Positions 58,208 through 64,000 of a DNA stretch of 64,000 bases are shown here, piece by piece. Source of the DNA: Microgenomates group bacterium GW2011_GWC1_46_15 (GTDB lineage Bacteria > Patescibacteriota > Microgenomatia > UBA1400 > UBA12028); the NCBI GenBank assembly GCA_001002285.1, contig LCLX01000003.1, positions 76,915 through 140,914 of the forward strand. The letters are read 5' to 3'. Within the stretch, counting starts at the first letter, position 1. Each line of letters starts with the position of its first letter. A model generated the notes under the pieces. It saw only the letters and a program-made list of their open reading frames with translations. It was not told where the DNA came from and made no database searches. The position numbers and the translations under genes are program-made.

Positions 58208-58615
58208 TTACTCGACGATCAACTTGCCTTCCATCCCCATCTTCCGGTGATTACCAACGGAACAAAAGTATGCGAATGTTCCTGCCGTGTCTGTTGGAAC
58301 ATCAATGTCCTGTGTTTGTCCTTCACCAATCACGTCTGTTTGTGCATTAAGACCTTCAAACACAATGTTGTGTTTTCCTTCAGTATTCACGAAATGAATC
58401 GTCAATTTTTCTCCTTTTTTGATACGGATTTCTTGCTTGTCATATGAAAAGTTTACGGCGGAAACCGTGATCACTTTCCCTTGCGTTGATGTTTGCACCG
58501 ACATTCGCGTTGGCGGTGTGGCGGGAGAAGAAGATTTTCGCTGTGTTTGTGAAAATAAAAGGTATCCACCCAATGCCAATCCCGCAACGGCAACAAACAA
58601 AAGAGTTTTTTTCAT
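58208..58615 (-). CDS. Membrane-anchored cupredoxin (type-1 blue copper protein)
   Basis: C-terminal Cu ligand set FCSVGNHRKMGM (Cys-X4-His-X3-Met) plus an upstream His (EGKHNIVF). N-terminal TM. Confidence 0.7.
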   Translation of the reverse strand: MKKTLLFVAVAGLALGGYLLFSQTQRKSSSPATPPTRMSVQTSTQGKVITVSAVNFSYDKQEIRIKKGEKLTIHFVNTEGKHNIVFEGLNAQTDVIGEGQTQDIDVPTDTAGTFAYFCSVGNHRKMGMEGKLIVE

Positions 58616-58670
58616 AACGATCCTCTATATAGGAATATCTTTATTTAGTGTAACGTATGTCACACCCGCG

Positions 58671-58997
58671 TTACAACCCAAGGTGCGCGCGCGTTTCTGG
58701 GTTCATCATGTCGATGATCCACGGCGGATCAAACGTAAGTTCTATCGTGATATCGCGGTCACTATCAATCTCTGGAATATCTTTAAACGCATCCTTTACC
58801 ATGTGATCAAACATTGCCGCTAACGGGCATCCTGGAGTCGTCAGTGTCATAAGAATGTGGATATGATCGCGAAGACCTTCGGGCGTTTGGGTAGGTGAAA
58901 TAGAAACGTCGTAGATCAATCCCAAATCTACAATACTCACATGAAGCTCGGGGTCGAGAATTTCATGAAGAAGTTCCATGACTTTTTCTTTTGTCAT
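58671..58997 (-). CDS. DUF59/MIP18-family Fe-S cluster assembly protein (SufT-like)
   Basis: VMELLHEILDPELHVSIVDLGLIYDV conserved DUF59 N-terminus with TPGCP. Confidence 0.7.
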   Translation of the reverse strand: MTKEKVMELLHEILDPELHVSIVDLGLIYDVSISPTQTPEGLRDHIHILMTLTTPGCPLAAMFDHMVKDAFKDIPEIDSDRDITIELTFDPPWIIDMMNPETRAHLGL

Positions 58998-59078
58998 AGA
59001 TGTGTGTTTCTTTTCCATATCGCGTATTGTACCGCATACCAAAGTCCCCCTTCGGAGGACTCTCCTAGATAAATAAAA

Positions 59079-59099
59079 AGGACCCTCCTTACGGAGGGC
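59079..59099 (-). terminator. Rho-independent terminator for the 59128-59325 gene (GC hairpin GGGCCCUCC-GUAA-GGAGGGUCC followed by a U-tract on the minus strand)
   Basis: Perfect 9 bp stem and UUUUUAUUU tract, read directly. Confidence 0.6.
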
Positions 59100-59127
59100 C
59101 CCATTATTTCACATTAAAAAGAAAGGT

Positions 59128-59325
59128 TTATGCTTTCTTCAAGACCGGCATTCCGGTTCTCTTTGTTTCCATGACCTCATAGGCTGCTGGAACAGCGTCC
59201 AACGATCCGTCTCGCACATCACGTGCGAAAAAATAGATCTGCTGCGTGCGACCATTTTTCAGGGTCACCTTACGTGTGTGCAGAAAGTAGGTTTGGCCTT
59301 TACTGTTTTTGTATGCGTATGCCAT
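59128..59325 (-). CDS. Hypothetical small protein (65 aa)
   Basis: ORF followed by a strong terminator. No motif. Confidence 0.3.
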   Translation of the reverse strand: MAYAYKNSKGQTYFLHTRKVTLKNGRTQQIYFFARDVRDGSLDAVPAAYEVMETKRTGMPVLKKA

Positions 59326-59432
59326 ACAGCACCTCCTTTTATATGTATACCGTTCACGCCAAGTTCATTGTATAGCACTCTTGAGGAAAACTTCAAGAGG
59401 GTATTTTTTCCCTCTCGTCTGGAGCGTATGTG

Positions 59433-59927
59433 CTATAAGGAAAGCGCCCCTTCAAGCAGTGTTTTCTCGAGGAAATTATCGTTTTTTGTTTCTTTCGAAA
59501 CAATGATTGTGAGTTCGCCTGTAAGCGAGACGCGTGAAATATAGTCAAGTAAAAATCCCGCTTTTTCTACCTTCAGTGTTCCTAGTTTAACAATGTTCCC
59601 ATCGGCATTTTCTATCCAAGCTTGATAGTATCCGCTGCGGAGTTCGGGAAGCGTGGCAATAATGGTGAGGCTTTTTTTATCATCCGACCAGTTCACAACA
59701 CCCAACCCCTCACTGTCATCAACGCCCTGCATTTGAATACTATTTTGTTTTGGAACACCAAACTTTTGTAAAAGAGAGTTTCCTTGTTCGCTTATTTCAA
59801 CATTTCCTTGGTCTGAAATTTCCGGTGTACGGAGACGGTTTTTTACCGACCACCACCGGTACGAATAAAAGACACCAAGAAACACGAGTACGAGGATGGG
59901 CAGGAGAAACATTGCTTTGTCTTTCAT
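59433..59927 (-). CDS. Hypothetical membrane-anchored extracytoplasmic protein
   Basis: N-terminal TM, then a Cys-free soluble domain. No motif. Confidence 0.3.
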   Translation of the reverse strand: MKDKAMFLLPILVLVFLGVFYSYRWWSVKNRLRTPEISDQGNVEISEQGNSLLQKFGVPKQNSIQMQGVDDSEGLGVVNWSDDKKSLTIIATLPELRSGYYQAWIENADGNIVKLGTLKVEKAGFLLDYISRVSLTGELTIIVSKETKNDNFLEKTLLEGALSL

Positions 59928-59954
59928 GACGTTCTCCTTGGCTTTAGACTACAC

Positions 59955-60581
59955 CTACTTCAAGAGATTTGCAATAGTTTGCTCCAGATCCTGGACGGAA
60001 GTTTTTTGACTATTCACGTAAAACGTTGGTGTTGCGCTTACACCAAGCGCTGTTCCGTCTTTTACATCATTTTGTATCTGTTGTTCAAACGTTTTGCTTG
60101 AAAGCGATGTCTTCATCAACTCTGGAGGAATGCCCAATAATGTGCCATAGGCGATAAAAATCGACTCCGCTTCTTCTGCTGATTTTTCCGACCATTCTTG
60201 CTGGCGTTCAAATAATATATTGTGGTACTCCCAATACTTATTTACACTTCCCGCGGTTTCTGCCGCCAATGCCGCTGCTTGTGAATTTTTGTGAATTGCT
60301 ATGAGTGGAAAGTTGCGGTAAATAAACCGCAGTTGTTCACCATACTGTGTGATAAGTTGCTCAACCAGTGGCTGGGCTGCCCGGCACGCCGGACACTGAA
60401 AATCGCTAAACTCCACAAGCGTTACTTTTGGTGTTGCGCTTCCAGTTGCATGGCGCTCATCCCCAACCAGGCGTTTCATCTCGATTGGAGCGGAAGTTTT
60501 TTGCGAAAATGCAATAGCAATAATGGTCACAACAATGACTGTACCCAACAGCATGCCGATAAGAAGTTTGATGTTTTGCAT
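59955..60581 (-). CDS. DsbA-family thiol:disulfide oxidoreductase (membrane-anchored)
   Basis: FSDFQCPACR CxxC thioredoxin-fold motif. N-terminal TM. Confidence 0.75.
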   Translation of the reverse strand: MQNIKLLIGMLLGTVIVVTIIAIAFSQKTSAPIEMKRLVGDERHATGSATPKVTLVEFSDFQCPACRAAQPLVEQLITQYGEQLRFIYRNFPLIAIHKNSQAAALAAETAGSVNKYWEYHNILFERQQEWSEKSAEEAESIFIAYGTLLGIPPELMKTSLSSKTFEQQIQNDVKDGTALGVSATPTFYVNSQKTSVQDLEQTIANLLK

Positions 60582-60594
60582 ATATGTTTTTAGC

Positions 60595-60867
60595 TTACTT
60601 TGGCCAGACTTGTTCGCCAGTTGCTACGTCGGTGATCACGATTGCCGCGGTGGGACAGCTTTGCGCCGCGAGCAACTTCATATCGTCGAGTTCGTTTTGA
60701 GAAATCACAATCGCTTTTTGTTCTCCATCGAGTTGAAATACTTTTGGGGCAATCGCTACACACGATGCCGCACCGATACATTTATCACGTAGTACTGTAA
60801 CTTTGTATTTTTTTCCTTCTGCCAGCGATGCAGATGGTGCTGTCGGTGGTACTGGCTGATCACTCAT
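60595..60867 (-). CDS. Single-cluster ferredoxin (Pyrococcus-type C-x5-C...CP)
   Basis: CIGAASCVAIAP ... SCPTAAI Cys spacing typical of small [3Fe-4S]/[4Fe-4S] ferredoxins. 90 aa. Confidence 0.55.
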   Translation of the reverse strand: MSDQPVPPTAPSASLAEGKKYKVTVLRDKCIGAASCVAIAPKVFQLDGEQKAIVISQNELDDMKLLAAQSCPTAAIVITDVATGEQVWPK

Positions 60868-60882
60868 GTGTATCTCCTTCGA

Positions 60883-61605
60883 TTAAAAAAACTTTTCGTG
60901 ATGAATATGCTCTTGTTTAACTCCGCGGGCAAGCAACAACTGCTGGACTTCTTTAATCATGCCGCCATTGCCGCACAAATAGTATCCCGCATACTCTACC
61001 ATGGGGTGAACACTCAGACAATCTGTAACACGACCACGGCAGAGTGTCCAGTCATCTCCGGCTTGGGAAAATACAAGGTGGAGTGAGAAGTTTGAAAATG
61101 TTTTTTCTAATTCCTGAAATTCTTGTATCCAAAACGAGTCCTGTGTATACCGAAGACCCCAGTACAACACCATTTTTCGTGCGTCGTGTTTGTTCTGTAG
61201 TTGATCAAGAATGATACTATGTAATGCAGAAATACCAGAGCCCGTCGCAACAAAAACGAGTGCTTTTTCTTGCTGACCAATCTCGGTTTCCTGCGATTCA
61301 ATACCAAACATCCCAACTGGAGCAAGAAAAGATACCGAGTCACCAGGCCGGAGACTTCCGAGATAGCGCGTTCCATACCCGCGTGGCGTGTTGTCAACTA
61401 AAAGTTCCACTGCGTGGTCAAGTGAAGGAGGTGAGACAATGGAGTAACTTTTCTTCTGTTCTGTGCCGGGGACGTTTAATAAAATGTACTGCCCCGCTTT
61501 AAATGAAAGCGTGTGTGGTTCAACGAGTTCAAATGTTATTGAATAAAATTTTTGATTGTATTCAAGCGAGTCGGAAACTTTGGCTGTGTATTGTTGTGGT
61601 GGCAT
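60883..61605 (-). CDS. FNR-like FAD/NAD(P)-binding oxidoreductase (ferredoxin reductase family)
   Basis: FAD-binding RxYS motif (KKSYSIVS). NAD-binding GSGISAL glycine-rich motif. C-terminal CGNGGM. Confidence 0.7.
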   Translation of the reverse strand: MPPQQYTAKVSDSLEYNQKFYSITFELVEPHTLSFKAGQYILLNVPGTEQKKSYSIVSPPSLDHAVELLVDNTPRGYGTRYLGSLRPGDSVSFLAPVGMFGIESQETEIGQQEKALVFVATGSGISALHSIILDQLQNKHDARKMVLYWGLRYTQDSFWIQEFQELEKTFSNFSLHLVFSQAGDDWTLCRGRVTDCLSVHPMVEYAGYYLCGNGGMIKEVQQLLLARGVKQEHIHHEKFF

Positions 61606-61663
61606 ATCAAGGCAAAAGTATGACAAAGAATGCGGTGAATTGCAATAAACTTCCAGAAAAATA

Positions 61664-62530
61664 CTAGAGTTCTTCAATTTTGATCGTTGAAGTATCAAGA
61701 TTCTTATTTAAAAACTGTAAATATTTTTCTGTCGTTGTAATGCGGCGATGGCCGACAAGTTGGCTGACATACACAAGCGGCGTTCCCGCGGCAAGTTGTT
61801 CAACAATAAATGTGTGCCGCAAATCATTTACTTTCGCGCCCGTAATGCCGGCAAGGCGGAAGTAGCGATCAATCGCCGCACGGATGTTTCGTACAAGAAA
61901 CGGTTTGCATGTTTTTGTGACAAACAATGTTTTCTCGCGGGTTTTTGGCCGTACGGTTAAGTACTCTTGAATTGCACGAAGCGCGGCGTTATTGAGTGGG
62001 ATTGCGCGCTCACTATGTGTTTCACTATTTTTCGCAAGAATCGTGCGTTTTCCCGCATCCACATCGCTTACTGCCAAGTTAGCAAGTTCGCTGATACGAA
62101 TTCCTGTTTGTAACAATACCTCTACAATAGTGGACATGCGCCGGTCGGAGCGGCATGCGTCACGGAGCGCACGGTACTCTACTTTCGTTAAAATGCGCGG
62201 CGCAGCGTTTTCATACTTCGGGCGCTCAACACTTGAAACAGGATTCTTTTCTACAACTCCTTCTTCGTGGAGGTATGAAAAAAACGCTTTCATAGAGTTC
62301 ATTTTGCGGACTATAGATTTGTCGGTGTAGCGTTTATCTTTGAGATTTTGCGCGAATAATTCAATGTGTTCCTGCGTAATTTGCGTGGGATCAGTCATGC
62401 GTTGCGTTTCCAACTCTTCGACAAGTTGCTCGACGTCTTTGCCATATGCAAGGAGTGTTGAGGCCGCCTTTTTCTTTTTCTTTAATGCGGTGATAAATGC
62501 TGAGTGATAGTCGCGAAGCGTCTTTGACAT
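61664..62530 (-). CDS. xerC: Tyrosine site-specific recombinase (XerC/XerD family)
   Basis: Catalytic R...HxxR...Y region LRHTFIVEQL...GHRRITTTEKYLQ. N-terminal SAM-like core-binding domain. Confidence 0.8.
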   Translation of the reverse strand: MSKTLRDYHSAFITALKKKKKAASTLLAYGKDVEQLVEELETQRMTDPTQITQEHIELFAQNLKDKRYTDKSIVRKMNSMKAFFSYLHEEGVVEKNPVSSVERPKYENAAPRILTKVEYRALRDACRSDRRMSTIVEVLLQTGIRISELANLAVSDVDAGKRTILAKNSETHSERAIPLNNAALRAIQEYLTVRPKTREKTLFVTKTCKPFLVRNIRAAIDRYFRLAGITGAKVNDLRHTFIVEQLAAGTPLVYVSQLVGHRRITTTEKYLQFLNKNLDTSTIKIEEL

Positions 62531-62599
62531 AGGTGCTGTGATACACTGGGTCAGGAGATGTAATTGGGCGGATAATAACACTTATAGGACCGTTCGTCA

Positions 62600-62995
62600 A
62601 TGAAGTTTTCACAGAATTTTTCTCAGAAAAGGCCTTTTCTTTTTTCCCGAATTTTTTTTGTGATTTGGTTGATTTTTTGCGCGTCCGTGAGTGTTTCGTT
62701 GACCAAAAGCCTCTTTTCTATCGTATCGTCGCAGTCCCGCGTACGTGTTTTAGAAAAACAACACGCCGAATTGGAACGGAAAAACGCAGGCTTAGAACAA
62801 AAGATTACTAACTCCCGCACACCGTTTGCAAAAGAAAGTATTATCCGCAATGAGTTGGGGTTGCAAAAACCAAACGAGGTTGTTGTACAAGTGCCGGACT
62901 CCGCAACGCCAGCCGCTGAGGAACAAAAAAATGAAAATCCATCTGTTTCGGAGCCTATTTATCGTCAATGGATTACGTTGTTTTTCGGCAGTTAG
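62600..62995 (+). CDS. ftsB: FtsB/DivIC-like septum formation initiator
   Basis: TM, then coiled coil, then the conserved IRNELGLQKPNE C-terminal motif. Confidence 0.6.
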   Translation: MKFSQNFSQKRPFLFSRIFFVIWLIFCASVSVSLTKSLFSIVSSQSRVRVLEKQHAELERKNAGLEQKITNSRTPFAKESIIRNELGLQKPNEVVVQVPDSATPAAEEQKNENPSVSEPIYRQWITLFFGS

Positions 62996-63001
62996 CCTGG
63001 T

Positions 63002-63010
63002 ATAATGTCT
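63002..63010 (+). promoter_or_regulatory. Extended -10 promoter element TGGTATAAT upstream of the ncRNA
   Basis: Perfect TGnTATAAT read directly. TSS predicted at about 63017. Confidence 0.5.
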
Positions 63011-63069
63011 TCTCTCGCAAAAACGCGGCGTTGGCGTGATAGATTGGCGCGTAGGTTGCGAGAACATCG

Positions 63070-63346
63070 CGCGGGGTAGTGTACGGCTGCACGTGAGGCT
63101 CAAGTGGGCCACGCCCGTAGAAATACGGAGTGAATTTCGGCTATATCGGTGAAACCTTCAGGCGAAAGCACAGGCAATACCGAGGAAAGATCTCCGGAGT
63201 AATCCAGAGAAATCCGTAGAGACTATACGCCGAACTTGTCGTTAGTTTGCAAAAACTAGCAGATAAGAAGATATAGTCCGACACTCTTGGAAACAAGAGA
63301 AACAGATGCATAATCTCGCAGACAAGGTTCGACTCCTTGCCCCGCA
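63070..63346 (+). ncRNA. ssrA: Structured ncRNA with tRNA-like 3' end; best guess tmRNA (ssrA)
   Basis: A 417 bp non-coding gap sits in a compact genome. The 3' end has a T-arm CAAGG-UUCGACU-CCUUG followed by CCCCGC(A), complementary to 5' GCGGGG at 63070. Promoter lies upstream and a terminator downstream. The tag ORF is not confidently identified. Confidence 0.45.
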
Positions 63347-63357
63347 ACAAAAAAGAC

Positions 63358-63383
63358 CGCCCGAAAGGGCGGTTTTACTATTT
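63358..63383. terminator. Bidirectional rho-independent terminator (GACCGCCC-GAAA-GGGCGGUUUU on plus; hairpin plus UCUUUUUUG on minus)
   Basis: Perfect GC-rich hairpin flanked by T-tracts on both strands. Terminates the ncRNA (plus) and the PIN gene (minus). Confidence 0.7.
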
Positions 63384-63411
63384 ACTATACATAGAGTGAT
63401 TCTCCACACAT

Positions 63412-63834
63412 TTAGTACTCTGCCAACGCCACTACTTTTACTCCCAAGACTTTTTTCTGTTGATGCTTGGGATTATCAGTAATAATCACCGCATTTGTCT
63501 TTTGAGCGAGGCTTAAAAAACTCGCATCGTAAAACGTGATGTTGTGCTGCTGCGCTATATCCATTGTGTGCAACGCCTGTTCTTCGTCTTGCATAATAAA
63601 TTGAATTGGTAATGCATATACTGTTGCTAAAGAAGATTTTGCCTGAGGTGGTTCCATTTTTTTCCGAAGCAAAACATTTCCCACTTCATATTTCGCCAAC
63701 TCTGGAGCTATAAGTGTAATCCCTTTTTTCTTAACATCTTCTAGGATGTGGTCGGCGTTATCTAACCATTTTTCATCTTCACTATTGATCCATTTCACAA
63801 TAACCGAAGAATCAACAACAAAAGTTTTTCCCAT
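63412..63834 (-). CDS. vapC: PIN-domain toxin (VapC-like)
   Basis: N-terminal FVVDSSVIVKWI PIN motif. The cognate antitoxin ORF appears to start upstream of 63838 and runs off the window end. Confidence 0.65.
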   Translation of the reverse strand: MGKTFVVDSSVIVKWINSEDEKWLDNADHILEDVKKKGITLIAPELAKYEVGNVLLRKKMEPPQAKSSLATVYALPIQFIMQDEEQALHTMDIAQQHNITFYDASFLSLAQKTNAVIITDNPKHQQKKVLGVKVVALAEY

Positions 63835-64000
63835 TAATGATTCTCCCTATCTTCTGCAATCATTTGGGACAAATTTCCATGTTTTCCTTTAAATGACCGA
63901 GCGAGTTCAATGTTGTGCCATATGTCATTCCAATTAATCGCTTGTTTTTTTGCTTGAGCGTGGGGCTTAAGAATAACGTTTTCCTGTTTTATCTCGATAC

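Noticed and set aside
61664-62530. Tyrosine recombinase as the integrase of a mobile element inserted near the tmRNA-like gene.
   Set aside because: It is on the 5' side of the ncRNA and separated from it by ftsB. No flanking direct repeats of the ncRNA 3' end were found within the window. It more likely represents chromosomal XerC/XerD.
63070-63346. Alternative reading of the ncRNA as a minimal RNase P RNA, from UUUCGGC / GGUGAAAC / GCCGAAC resemblance to CR-I, CR-II and CR-V/P4.
   Set aside because: The spacing between the putative conserved regions is far too short for known RNase P architectures. The canonical T-arm plus acceptor pairing at the ends favours a tRNA-like/tmRNA-type molecule. 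Left open for covariance-model testing.
1-64000. CRISPR arrays, rRNA genes, IS elements.
   Set aside because: No regularly spaced short direct repeats, no rRNA-like conserved segments, and no transposase-like ORFs were detected by eye.

Overview
This window is a compact, gene-dense bacterial chromosome segment of about 50% GC, mostly coded on the minus strand. From gene content and spacing it looks like a small-genome CPR/Patescibacteria-type organism; that is inference, not a measured result. I support about 70 features:

- **Thiol-redox island (0.5-6.1 kb):** membrane-anchored DsbA-like protein, gdhA, trxB, Nudix, trxA, a CsoR-family repressor with a Cys/Cys (CstR-like) sensor signature, and a CcdA/DsbD-family membrane protein.
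- **Housekeeping genes:** lgt, pth, GT2, an ATP-dependent DNA ligase, split transketolase, nnrD, recF, ABC exporter, lepA, murJ, maf, cmk, two class A PBPs flanking a GH18 protein, a PfkB kinase, a LOG-family protein, rpe, rpiB, an XerC/D-like recombinase and an FtsB-like protein.
- **Small TA/Fic island (12.6-15.3 kb):** VapBC, Fic, RHH-VapC.
- **Surface-protein cluster (25.6-30.4 kb):** three secreted or membrane proteins. Two share a C-terminal [LI]PxAGSTGQ + TM sorting-signal-like motif. One is a type II membrane protein with a roughly 250 aa Pro-rich disordered cytoplasmic N-terminus and a Cys-rich ectodomain.
- **tRNA-Ile(UAU) and a twice-occurring roughly 50 nt hairpin repeat:** the tRNA is at 30734-30806 (minus); the repeat sits at 30677 and 41205.
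- **T4CP/HerA-like membrane ATPase, followed by a cobalamin adenosyltransferase (CobA/CobO-type).**
- **Pro/Tyr-repeat surface protein ending in a Kazal-type domain.**
- **Nucleotide-metabolism operon (37.9-46.2 kb):** NrdR (with tandem NrdR boxes) and three tandem class II, B12-dependent NrdJ paralogs, interspersed with MazG and Nudix NTP pyrophosphohydrolases.
- **Electron-transfer neighbourhood (58.2-61.7 kb):** cupredoxin, DUF59, DsbA, ferredoxin, FNR-like reductase.
- **Structured ncRNA (63070-63346):** a tRNA-like 3' end suggests tmRNA. It has its own extended -10 promoter and a bidirectional terminator.

I also report a recurring intergenic motif (AAAGGG-WAG-RTCGGGWC) at several divergent promoter regions, and two leaderless promoters. 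No CRISPR array, rRNA or obvious prophage was seen.
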